Origin: Chiloscyllium plagiosum
Taxonomy: Eukaryota
DNA: 60,914 nucleotides
Reading direction: 5' to 3'
Assembly (NCBI RefSeq): GCF_004010195.1
Contig: NC_057719.1
Coordinates: 54,559,419-54,620,332, forward strand
The translations under genes were made by a program, and so were the position numbers. Below the pieces are notes generated by a model that was not told the origin of the DNA, ran no database searches, and worked only from the letters and a program-made list of their open reading frames with translations. Shown piece after piece: positions 12,218 to 23,310 of this stretch. The stretch's first letter is position 1; each line of letters opens with the position of its first letter.

Positions 12218-15200
12218 CATAGAGTCATAGAGTCATGAAGATGTACAGCATGGAAACAGACCCTTCGGTCTATGCCGATCAGATATCCCAACCCAATCTA
12301 GTCCCACCTGCCAGTATCCAGCCCATATCCCTCCAAATCATTCCTATTCAGATACTCATCCAGATGCCTTTTAAATTTTGCAATTGTACCAGCCTCCACC
12401 ACTTCCTCTGGAAGCCCATTCCACACATGCACAACCTTCTGTGTGAAAAGGTTGACCCTTATGTCTCTTTTATATCTTAAACCTCTCACCCTAAACCATG
12501 ACCTTGAGTTCTGGACTCTGCCACCCCAGGGCAGAGACTTTGTCTATTTATCCTATCCATGCCTCTCATGATTTTATAAACCTCTGTAAGGTCACCCCTC
12601 AGCCTCCGACGCTCCAGGAAACACAACCCGAGCCTATTCAAAATCTCCCAATAACTCAAATTCTCCAACCCTGGCAACATCCTTCCAAATCTATTCTGAA
12701 CCCTTTCAAGTTTCACAACATCTTTCCGATAGGAAGGAGACCAGAATTGCACACAATATTCCAAAAGTGGCCTAACCAATGTCCTGTACAGCCGCAACAT
12801 GACCTCCCAACTCCTATACTCAATACTCTGACCAATAAATGAAAGCATACCAAACGCCGTCTTCACTATCCTATCTTTCAAGTTTCACAACAACTTTCCG
12901 ATAGGAAGGAGACCAGACTTGCAGGCAAAATTCCAAAAGTGGCGTAACTCATGTCCTGTACAGCCGCAACATGACCTCCCAACTCCTGTACTCAATACTC
13001 TGAACAATAAAAGAAAGCTTGTTAAATGCTTTCTTCACTATCCTATTTACTTGTGATTCTACAATCAAGGAGCTATGAACCTGCACTCCAAGGTCTCTTT
13101 GTTCAGCAACACTCCCTAGGACCTTACCATTAAGTGTATAAGTCCTGCTAAGATTTGTTTTCCCAAAATGCAGCACCTCACATTTATCTGAGGTAACCTT
13201 CTTTCCTGTCCACTATACCTCCAATTTTGGTGTCATCTGCAAACTTACTAACTGTATCTCTTATGCTCGCATCCAAATCATTTGTATAAATGATGAAAAG
13301 TAGTGGACCCAGCATGGATCCTTGTGGCACTCCACTGGTCACAGGCCTCCAGTCTGAAAAACAACCCTCCACCACCACCCTCTGTCTTCTACCTTTGAGG
13401 CAGTTCTGTATCCAAATGGCAAGTTCTCCCTGTATTCTGTGAGATCTAACCTTGCTCACCAGTCTCCCATGTAGAACCTTGTCGAATGGCTTACTGAAGA
13501 CCATACAGATCATGTCCACTGCTCTGTCCTCATCATTCCTCTTTGTTACTGCTTCAAAAAACTCAAGGAAGTTTGTGTGACATGATTTCCTACGCACAAA
13601 GCCATGTTGATTATCTCTAATCAGTCCTTCCCTTTCCAAATACATGTACATTCTGTCCCTCAGGATTCCCTCCAACAACTTGCCCACCACCGGCATCAGG
13701 CTCATTGGTCTATAGTTCCCTGGCTTGTCCTTACCACCTTTCTTAAACAGTGGCACCATGTTAGGCAATCTCTGGTCTCTGGCACCTCACCTGTGACTAT
13801 CGATGATACAAATATCTCAGCAAGAGACCCAGCAAACACTTCCCTAGCTTCCCACAGAGTTCAGGGTACACCTGATCAGGTCCTGGGGATTTATCCACTT
13901 TTAAGCATTTCAAGACCTCCAGCACTTTCTCTTCTGTAATATGGATATTGTTCAAGATGTCATCATCTACTTCCTTACATTCTATGTCATCCAGGTCCTT
14001 TTCCACAGTAAATACTGATGCAAAATATTCATTTAGTATCTCCCCCATCTCCGGCAGCTCCAAAGGCCACCTTACTGATCTTTCAGGGGCCTTATTCTCT
14101 CCCTCGTTACCCTTTTGTCCTTAATGTATTTGTAAAAACCCTTTGGATTCTCCTTAGCTCTATTTGCCAAAGCTATCTCATGTCCCCTTTTTGCCCTCCT
14201 GATTTCTCTCTTAAGTATAGTCCTACTACCTTTATACTCTTCTAAGGATTCACTCGATCTATCCTGTCTGTACCTGACATGTGCTTCCTTTTTTTCTTAA
14301 ACAAACCCTCAATTTCTTTAGTCATCCAGCATTCCCTATATCTACCAGCCTTTCCTTTCATGTTAACAGGAATATACTGTCTCTGGACTCTCGTTATCTC
14401 ATTTCTGAAGGCTTCCCATTTTCCAGCCGTCCCTTTACCTGCGAACATCTGCCCCCAATCAGCTTTTGAAAGTTCTGGCCTCATACCGTCAAAATTAACC
14501 TTTCTCCAATTTAGAACTTCAACTTTTAGATCTGTTCTATCCTTTTCCATCACTATTTTAAAACTAATAGAATTATGGTCGCTGGCCCCAAAGTGCTACC
14601 CCACTGACACCTCAGTCACCTGCCCTGCCTTACTTCTCAAGAGTCGATCAAGTTTTGCACCTTCTCTGGAAGGTACATTCCCATACTGAATCAGGAAGTT
14701 TTCTTATACACACTTAACAAATTCCTCTCCATCTAAACTCTGAACACTATGGCAGTCCCAATCTATGTTTGGAAAGTTAAAATCCCCAACCATAACCACT
14801 CTATTATTCTTACAGATAGCTGAGATCTCCTTACAAATTTGTTTCTCAATTTCTTTCTGAGTATTAGGGAGTCTATAATACAATCCTAATAAGATTATCA
14901 TCCTTTTCTTGTTTCTCAGTTCCACCCAAATAATTTCCCTGGATATATTTCTGTAATGCTATCCCTTATCAAAAATGCCACTCCCCCTCCTCTCTTGCCT
15001 CCCTTTCTGTCCTTCCTGTAGCATTTGTATCCTGGAACATTAAGCTGCCAATCCTGTTCATCCCTGAGCCATGTTTCTGTAATTGCTATGATATCCCAGT
15101 CCCATGTTCCTAACCATGCCCTGAGTTATCTGCCTTCCCTGTTAGACCTCTTGAATGGAAATAAATGCAGTTTAATTTATTAGTCCTACCTTATTCTCTG

Positions 15201-15440
15201 CTTTGTCCCTGCCTGCCCTGACTGACTCGCTTCTGTTCTCTATTGTACCAGTCTCTGATTGATCTCTTTCCTCACTATCTCTCTGGGTCGCTCCTCCCCC
15301 CCCCCCACCATATCAGTTTCAATCCGCCCGAGCAACTCTAATAAATCTCCCTGCCAGTATATTAGTCCCGTTCCAATTTAGGTGCAATCCGTCCTTCTTG
15401 TACAGGTCACTTCTACCCCAGAAGAGATTTCAATGATCTC
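12218..15440 (-). mobile_element. Long CR1 copy: end of ORF1, APE endonuclease, RT, 3' tail (disrupted)
   Basis: ORFs 14704-14925 (GLYYR.PN..VMVGDFNFPNIDW), 13184-13768 (PGNYRP.SL, QHGF, FDKV, GVPQGS.LGP, KFADD) and 12486-12881; (TATGACTC)n tail at 12218. Confidence 0.95.
12703..13046. repeat. 172-bp tandem duplication inside the CR1 copy
   Basis: CTTTCAAGTTTCACAACA...TTCACTATCCTAT occurs at 12703-12874 and 12875-13046. Confidence 0.9.
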
Positions 15441-15699
15441 CTTTTTAAATTCTTGCCTAACTCATATATCTGAGTTGGTGAAGAGGAATGTGAGTGTTAT
15501 TATGATGTAGACTCAAGTCGGTAATGTCTTCTGATTCTGGTTCCTAAGGTAGGTGGAACAACATGAAATACAACTGACAGACTGAGTAGGCTCTACACCA
15601 TCATTGTGGAGATCATCATATTTCAGGAGCTACTGAAATCAGTGAATGTTGTATGCTGCATAACTGTATGGTACGTTTGCCGCAAAGTTGCTGGAAGAT

Positions 15700-16325
15700 T
15701 CTTAACTCTCCATCCTCAACTGCCAGGCATGCAAATAACTACACTATTTCCAGCATCTATTCCTCTCAGGATAAGTGATGGACAGTCTATCTCTGGCTTT
15801 CCACCTCACCCCAGTGTTCTGTACACTCTTTGATTATAAAGAAAGAAAAAGAAATGAGAGTTTAAACTCTAGAATATTTACAGAGGATGGAAGGACATTT
15901 GCAGAGAATCTCTGAGGGATAGATGCAACAATACAATCAGAGAAGGCAAGGTGTCAGTGGTGGCTGATGAGACAGTGTCACAAAGGAGACAGATGGGCCT
16001 ATCTATAAGGGTTGTTGGTCTGGGAAGAGATGTACAGGAGCAAGGTAGGGATGGTAGAGTGAGGGGGTTTGGACTTAAATGTGTCATTGCTTATATCTTT
16101 CCTGTCCTGATCACATCATTGAAGATAATCAGGTCATCTTATAGTCCAGTATTTAGAGGTGAAGCACAAAACACCAGCCATTGACCTCCTCTGCCATTTT
16201 CAGTCATGGCTTTTCTTTCCTGAAGCTGCCTTTTCTCATCAATCTGCAGGGAACAGCAGCTCCCTACGGGCTATTATTGTCATAGCATCATCTCCAGAGA
16301 CATGTTCCTGAAGCCTGGTCCAACC
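15700..16325 (-). pseudogene. Decayed Harbinger-associated Myb/SANT-like gene (two exon-like blocks)
   Basis: Minus strand ~16325-16095 gives PGFRNMSLEMML..ARRELLFPAD..*LKMAEEVN..FNDVIRTGK (trihelix Myb/SANT pattern). After a pyrimidine tract (~15860-15835) a second block reads *MLEIV*LFACLAVEDGE. Confidence 0.5.
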
Positions 16326-16950
16326 TCACACATTAACCTTCCATCTGAGCTGACTTAGGCTTTGACAAAACACATTAATAGATGTTCAATTCTCAGCATT
16401 GAGGAATCCTTTTAAATGCTTCAGCTGAAATTATGTCTGCTCATTCTAAATGTTTAGGAAACCTGGAAGTCAGATGCAATGCAATGATTGGTTTAAAAAA
16501 GCCACTGAAAAACAATGTCCCAAAGTGTTGCAGGACTCCTACAACACCAGAACATTCTGAAGATAGAATCCAGCCCATGTCATTATTTATAACATCTGGG
16601 ATGCTGTATGATTTGCTAATTATTTATACATATAAGGCAGAATTAAGTAGATATTACTGATAGCTAAAACTATAAAAACAAGGTGAAGCCTTATAAGACT
16701 GCTGACTGTTCAATGCTGAAATATTCTTCAGAGAGCTGCATTTGAGTTGCTGAGACTTAGTGTTTGGCGGATGTTGTTCAGAAGTGAATGACACCTTTAC
16801 TTATAAGAACATAATAACACAAGAACATGGGAAAGAGGATAAGGAGAAGAAGGACTAGGATTGGAACCCAATGGCTGTGATCGACAAGTCACCCAATGTT
16901 TTTGAAAACACAAGTACACCAAGGTTCACTGGTTTCCCCTTCTCGCCAAC

Positions 16951-17210
16951 TAGATTAGATTACTTACAGATTGGATTAGATTACTTACAGTGTGGAAACA
17001 GGCCCTTCGGCCCAACAAGTCCACACCGACCCACCGAAACGCAAACCACCCAGACCCATTCCCCTACATTTACCCCTTCACCTAACCCTATGGGCAATTT
17101 AGCATGGCCAATTCACCTAACCTGCACATTTTTGGAATGTGGGAGGAAACCGAAGCACCCGCAGGAAACCCACGCAGACATGGGGAGAATGTGCAAACTC
17201 CACACACTCA
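16951..17210 (-). mobile_element. V-SINE (HE1-like), 5'-truncated
   Basis: Reverse complement of the V-domain and CR1-like tail seen in 55702-56012. Candidate TSD CAACTAGAT at 16947-16955 and 17220-17228. Confidence 0.9.
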
Positions 17211-17317
17211 ATATATACACAACTAGATATATCCTCAAAGAATATCCTTAAGTAAACATTTGAAATATGATTTGAGTCTCATAAAACCATTAATAATGCC
17301 CAATCATATTATAGTAA

Positions 17318-18085
17318 AACAAAGCACTTTGAATGCTGGAGATCTGAAACAAACAAAAACAGAAATTGCTGGAGATATTCAGCAGGTCTGGCAATAACTG
17401 TGGAGAGAAAACAGAGCTTGCCTTTATTGGTCAGTGCATTGAGTATTGGAGCTGGGAGGTAATTTACAGGACATTAGTTAGGCTGCTATTGCAATATTGC
17501 ATGCAATTCTGGTCTCCCTGCTATAGGAAGGATGTTGTGAAACTTGAAAGGATTCAGAAAAGACTTACAAGGATGTTGCCACGGTTAGAGGGTTTGAGGT
17601 ATAGGGAGAGGCTGAATAGACTGAGGCTGTTTTTCCTGGAGAGTCGGGGGCTGAGGGGTGACCTTATAGAAGTTTATAACATTATGAGGGACATGGACAG
17701 GATAAATAGACAAAGTCTTTTCCCAGGGGTGGGGAGTCCAAAACTCGAGGGCATAGATTTAGGATCAGAGGAGAAAGATTTACAAGGAGCCTAAGGGGCA
17801 ACCTTTTCAGGCAGGGATGGTATGCATATGGAATGAGCTGCCAGAGGAAGTGGTGGACGCTGGTACAATTATAACATGTAAAATGCATCTGGATGGGGAT
17901 ATGAATAGGAAGGGTTTGGAGGGATATGCTGGCAAATGGAACTAGATTTATCTAGGATGGCTGATTGGCATGGACGAGTTGGATCGAAGGATCTATTTCC
18001 GTGCTATATATCTCTCTGACTCTATGATGTTTTGAGTCCTATAAATCTTCATCAGAACAGTTCTGATAAAGGGTCACTTGATCTC
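17318..18085. mobile_element. Palindromic PLE-terminus element split by a CR1 insertion
   Basis: Left arm 17318-17417 (GCTGGAGATATTCAGCAGGTCTGGC..GAGAGAAAACAGAG). It resumes at ~18027 with CTTCATCAGAACAGTTCTGATAAAGGGTCAC. Confidence 0.7.
17418..18025 (+). mobile_element. CR1 3' fragment
   Basis: ORF 17366-17794 (YRTLVR..L.YC.QFWSP.YRKDVVKLERIQKR.TRM); tail CTCTGACTCTATGA. Confidence 0.9.
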
Positions 18086-18503
18086 AATCATACCATGGTT
18101 TCGAATTCCCCTGGTATTACATCCTTATTGATTCAATTACAATGATGTCAGAATAACTGACCTATAATTCCTGTTTCCTCCATCTCTCTCCATTCTCAAG
18201 TCAGGGAGTTGCTTATCACTTTTCAATTCACAAGGACTGTCTTTCAATTTAAAGCCTAGAATGTTGTAATCTCTGTCACAATTTGATCGCAGCTTGGACT
18301 TGATAGGGGAGAAAAGTGTTACGTAAAGAATGATGGTGGTGACAGTCAAATTTATCTTGAATTATTTGAAGAACACCCATCCATCCCTAACACCCCCATC
18401 CAAACTCTCACCCCCCATTATTATTGACACATAAATAGTATCTATCTCTAATAGTTAGCCTTAACAAAAACATTTTGGATACTATTTCTAGAACACAAAA
18501 CAT

Positions 18504-19432
18504 GGGGTAGAAATTGGTTCCTCTAATAGAAATTGAGCCTAGATTATGAAGTGGAGGTGGTAGACAAAATGTCAGAATGAACTGTCTGCATGTCTACAGG
18601 TTGTCCTGCAGCAATTCAGTATTATGGAACAGACCAAACTCTTTCAAATATATCAAGGAGATAGCCTGGACCCTAATTTCTTTTTACTTAAAGGCAAGTA
18701 TAAGGTGGACTGTTCCAGATGGAATTTGAATGACTACACTACTCAGCTTTAAGTCCACATACTTTATTCTTATTCGACTGTTAAAATACAATCATAAGAA
18801 AGAAGAATTGGTCTATCTTTAATTCTAATAGAAAACTTAACAGAATAGTAGATTATTTAGCTGCTAAATAACAATTGTTCCAATATAGTGACAACTCATA
18901 AACACGCCCTTGGTAAAGGCAAATTCAATAAAATAGATTGTCTCACATGTAATGTTTTTCCAGTCCAGGAGGATTGAAAGCTAAACTGAAAACATGGTTG
19001 TGTGGGGACCTGACTCCATCATGGTCCTTGCGTTGTTCCAACATAAAAACAAAACAGGCCTCATAAGCTGTTCACTTTATTGGTTTTGAATAGACCTCTC
19101 GGCACCTCTGTTTCAACTCCTCTTCATTAAAAAAAAGGAATGAATACACCTCTTAAAGCCATAGCATCTCATATTTGGTCATTAATTGCCTCAGGGCAAG
19201 ACTTCCTCTCCCAATGTTGGTGGAAGGCCTACCTCCGAGTACTAGTGGGAGGAGGTCTTTATGTAGCCATTAAGGCAGTTTGAAGGTCTCAACTGACCCA
19301 GAGGTTCCAATCCCTTCCCTTTCACTGGAAGAGGCAGTAAGGTGATGAGCATGACATTGCTACCATGACACCCAATTCTACAGTCCTCACCACATGCCTA
19401 CCTGCTCCAAGGGAGATCATAAAATTCAACCC
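18504..19432. mobile_element. Non-autonomous DNA transposon (Harbinger-like MITE) hosting a solo LTR
   Basis: Imperfect terminal inverted repeats GGGGTAGAAATT (18504) and AAAATTCAACCC (19421-19432). Similar ends occur at 6768, 35043 and ~56765. Confidence 0.4.
18620..19173 (-). mobile_element. Solo LTR-like element (~550 bp)
   Basis: Minus strand starts TATGAG (decayed TG) and ends ..GGTCTGTTCCATAATA. Its 3' part resembles the end of 46030-46671. AATAAA is present on the minus strand. Confidence 0.55.
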
Positions 19433-19698
19433 TGAGAAAATGGATAGCAGAAACTCATTATTCTTCGTGTTTTGTCTTAACATTTTAACTTGGCTTTCTA
19501 GTGCTATTTGGAACATAGAAGCTTCCCTCTTAGAAGCCAGGATCAGAGCAATCAGACAACACCAAGTGAGGAGCAGAGCAGTTAGTCAGAGTGGGCAAAT
19601 GAGAAATAGAGCAGTGGTCAATTCTGTTTGAAAAATATTCAACTGTAGATCTGAGTGGGATTGTTCAGGAAGATATTCAAGCAGAGGATGCATAAAGA

Positions 19699-21153
19699 GT
19701 ATAAATGGCTACGCAGAACAGTCCATCTTCCGTAGTTACACCGGCACCACTCACCACCTCTTCCTCCGCTACATTGATGACTGCATCAGCGCCACCTCGT
19801 GCTCCGGCAAGGAGGTTGAGCAGTTCATCAACTTCACCAACACATTCCACCCTGACCTTAAATTCACCTGAACCATCTCTGACACCTCCCTCCCCTTTCT
19901 GGACCTCTCTATCTCCATCAATGATGACCGACTTGACACCGACATTTTTTACAAGCCCACTGACACCCACAGCTACCTGGATTACACCTCTTCCCACCCT
20001 ACCTCCTACAAAAATGCTATCCCGTATTCCCAATTCCTCCATCTCCGTCGTATCTGCTCCCAGGAGAACCAGTTCCACTACAGAACACACCAGATGGCCT
20101 CCTTCTTTAAAGACCGCAATTTCCCTTCCCACATGGTTGAATTGCCCTCCAACACATCTCATCCACGTCCCACACTTCCGCCCGCAAACCCCACCCCTCT
20201 AACCGTAACAAGGACACAACTCACCTGGTCCTCACCTTCCACCCTTCGCATAAATTGTATCATCTGCCAACATTTATGCCACTTCCAAATGGACCCCACC
20301 ACCAGGGATTTTTTCCCTCCCCATCCCTTTCCACTTTTTGCAAAGACCATTCCCTCTGTGACTACCTGGTCAGGTCCATGCTCTCCAACAACTCACCCTC
20401 CCGTCCTGGCACCCTCTCCTGCCACCGCAAGAATTGCAAAACCTGTACCCACACCTCTCCCCTCACCTCCATCCAAGGCCCCAAAGGAGCCTTCCACAAC
20501 AATCAAAGTTTCACCTGCACATCCACCAATGTCATTTATTTTATCTGTAGCTCCCAATACGCCAATACATTGGGGAGACTGGATGCCTTCTCGTGGAGCG
20601 CTTTAGGGAACATCTCCAGGACACCCACACCAATCAACCCCACCACCTTGTGGCCCAACATTTCAACTCCCCCTACCACTTTGCCAAGGACATGCAGGTC
20701 CTGGGCCTCCTCCACCTCCACTCCCTCACCACCTGATGCCTGGAGGAAGAACGCCTCATCTTCAACCCCAGGGCATCAATGTAGACTTCACCAGTTTCCA
20801 CATTTTCCCTCCCCCACCTTACCCCAGTTCCAACCTTCCAGCTCAGCACCATCCTCGTGACCTGTCCTACCTGTCAATCTTTCTTCCCACCTACCCGCTC
20901 CACTCTCCCCTCTGACCTATCACCTCCATCCCCACCCCCATCCACCTATTGTACTTCTGGCTATCTTCTCCCCAGCCCCACCCCACTCCCATTTATCTCT
21001 CCACCCTGGAAGGTCCCTGCCCTCATTCCTGATAAAGGGCTTTTGCCCGAAACATCAATTTTCCTGCTCCTCGGATGCTGCCTGTCTTGCTGTGCTTTTC
21101 CAGCACTACTCTAATCTAGACTCTGATCTCCAGCATCTGCCTCACTTTTGCCT
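19699..21153 (+). mobile_element. Penelope-like retroelement, 5'-truncated: RT C-terminus, GIY-YIG endonuclease, terminal repeat with mutated hammerhead
   Basis: CTCCGCTACATTGATGACTGC (RYIDDC), PFLDL, YKPTD.HSYLDY.SSHP, CHRKNCKTC, FTCTSTNVIY, YIGETG. Hammerhead core mutated to CTGATAA (21029). TSD AGAGGATG(C/T)ATAAAGA at 19683-19698 and 21154-21169. Confidence 0.93.
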
Positions 21154-21439
21154 AGAGGATGTATAAAGATAAGTATAGCTGGAAGATTTCTAACAGCTTA
21201 ATAAGGAGACACTACATAAACATAAACAAAGCCATATGATGTAATATGCAATATAATACAAATTGCTGTCAGAAATATGTATCACTTTTATCAAGATAAG
21301 TATAAATCTCTTGACTTTTCTATTAGCTTTTTGCCAACAGACATGTCTTGGTGATAAGTGAAATCCAGTAATTTGCAAATATGCTGAACTCATCACTGTT
21401 GAATGGGGGAACAAATCCTTTCAGATACTGGAATCTTTA

Positions 21440-21632
21440 CTGAAAACAACAAATGCTGGAGATCACAGTGAATCGGATAGCATCCATGGAGAGAAATCAA
21501 GCTAACATTTTGAGTTCAGATGAGTCTTCATCAAAGCTCTGATGAAGTCATCTCGATTCAGAATGTTAGCTTGCTCTCTCTCCATGGATGCTGTCTGACC
21601 TGCTGTGATCTCCAGCCTTCATTGTTTTCAGT
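21440..21632. mobile_element. Palindromic PLE-derived short element
   Basis: ~90-bp imperfect inverted arms centred on CTTCATCAAAGCTCTGATGAAG (decayed hammerhead cores back to back). Confidence 0.8.
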
Positions 21633-22209
21633 ACTATTGAATAAGGGCTGTTGTAATTTCAAAGTAACAGGACAATCTGGTCAAAGTTTGAAAGGGCTGC
21701 TTCTGTTGATGTAGATGTAACTATTTTCATCACTGAGAATCAGCTGTTATCCTCAGTGATAAGAAGCATGTGTTTGTTAATGGAAAAATCCGCACAATCA
21801 ACACAAACCTCAATCCATGGTGGTGAACATAGTTCAGATATCTTAAGAGGATCGCAAAGACATTGTGGTTCGTGGCTTGATAAACACTAATCATGCTCTA
21901 TATCCCATTGTCAGTTCTTAGGAACCATACCTTTTACCAAAATAGTACCCAATTCCCGATGATCTTCATGTATTATATTGACAGCACGTTCTCTCAATGA
22001 GTGAAAAAAAGAATAAAACTGTTGCTGTATACCGCAAGATCAGATACTGTTGTAATGGTGAATTTGTATCCAACATTGGGAAGACATTATAATGTGTGAG
22101 GATTTTGTCTGTAAATAGTTTCTCAGTCACACCTTTTCAAGTTTTCACACTCCATGGCGATCATGCATAGTAGTAATGTTTAGCACCATTTGCTTTCACA
22201 ATGGTATCA

Positions 22210-22416
22210 AGTTAAAAATCACACAACACCAGGTTATAGTCCAACAGGTTTAACTGGAAGCACTAGCTTTCAGAGCGCCGCTCCTTCATCAGGTGAAGGA
22301 GCGGCGCTCCGAAAGCTAGTGTGCTTCCAATTAAACCTGTTGGACTATAACCTAGTGTTGTGGGAGTTCAATCTTTGTACACCCCAGTCCAACACCGGCA
22401 TCTCTAAATCATGACT
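22210..22416. mobile_element. Palindromic PLE-derived element (second family) with 9-bp TSD
   Basis: Arms CACAACACCAGGTTATAGTCCAACAGGTTT...GCTCCTTCA / TGAAGGAGC...AAACCTGTTGGACTATAACCTAGTGTTGTG. TSD ATGGTATCA at 22201-22209 and 22417-22425. Confidence 0.88.
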
Positions 22417-22559
22417 ATGGTATCAGTGAGATTAAAAAAAAAAGAGGTTGTTTCATAAATAGGATCGGTCTATTGTATCTGTGATCCTATACATGACATA
22501 ATGGGGGCAACAATTTATGGTCTAAAATCTTTTAACTTAATGTTGAGTAAGATGCTTAG

Positions 22560-22990
22560 TTGAATGATGAGGTGATATTCTTGAAGCTTATATTGAGCCT
22601 TACTGGAAGAATGCAGCAGGCTGAGGGTAGAAAGGTCAGCTTCATAGCAAGATAGAAAATTAAAAGGAAGTCACTAAAAGTTTGGGATAATGCTTGTGGA
22701 CAGAACATAGGTGTTCAACAAAGCAGACACTCAATCCGCATTTGGTCTCCCCAGTGTAGAGGAGACCATATTGGGAATAATGAATTGAATTAAATCAAAT
22801 TTAATTTATTGTCATGTGTACTAAGGCACAATGAAAAGCTTTGTCTTGCGAGTAATACAAGCAGATCACACAGTTAAGTAGCATAGATAAGTAAATGATA
22901 AGATGATGATGTAAGATAATGAATACAGTGGACCAGATTGAAACCGTTATTGTCTTTCACTAGGCACTTTGCAATCTTCTGGACTCAACA
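22560..22990 (-). mobile_element. Old PLE GIY-YIG fragment interrupted by a Rex1/Babar-type 3' tail (22783-22920)
   Basis: TTGGTCTCCCCAGTGTAGAG reads LY.GETK on the minus strand. The inserted tail is the reverse complement of 42540-42640. Confidence 0.6.
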
Positions 22991-22999
22991 TAGTATCTC

Positions 23000-23310
23000 T
23001 ATAGTGTGGGAACAGGCCATACGGCCCATCAAGTCTACACTAACCCTCCGAAGAACATCCCAACCCCAACCCAGTAACCCATGGCTAATCCACCTAGCCT
23101 GCACATCCCCAGACGATATGGACAATTTAGCATAGGCAATCCAACTAACGTGCACACCTTTAGACTGTGGCAGGAAATCAGAGCATCCAGAGGAAACTCT
23201 CGAAGACCTGGGGAGAATGTGCCCTCTCCACAGTCACCCAAGGCTAGAAACAAACCAGGGTTCTTGGTGTTGTGAGGCAGCAATGCTAACCACTAAGTCA
23301 CTGTGGCACA
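23000..23310 (-). mobile_element. V-SINE (HE1-like), diverged
   Basis: Homologous to 55702-56012 on the reverse strand (TGTGAGGCAGCAATGCTAACCACT head, GGGAGAATGTGC V-domain). Confidence 0.8.

Noticed and set aside
19677..20606. Ser/Thr/Pro-rich and Val/Gly-rich ORFs (mucin-like)
   Set aside because: Alternative and antisense frames of the C-rich Penelope element.
22210..22416. CRISPR array or bacterial terminator/REP
   Set aside because: No repeat-spacer periodicity; vertebrate context; explained as an inverted PLE terminus.
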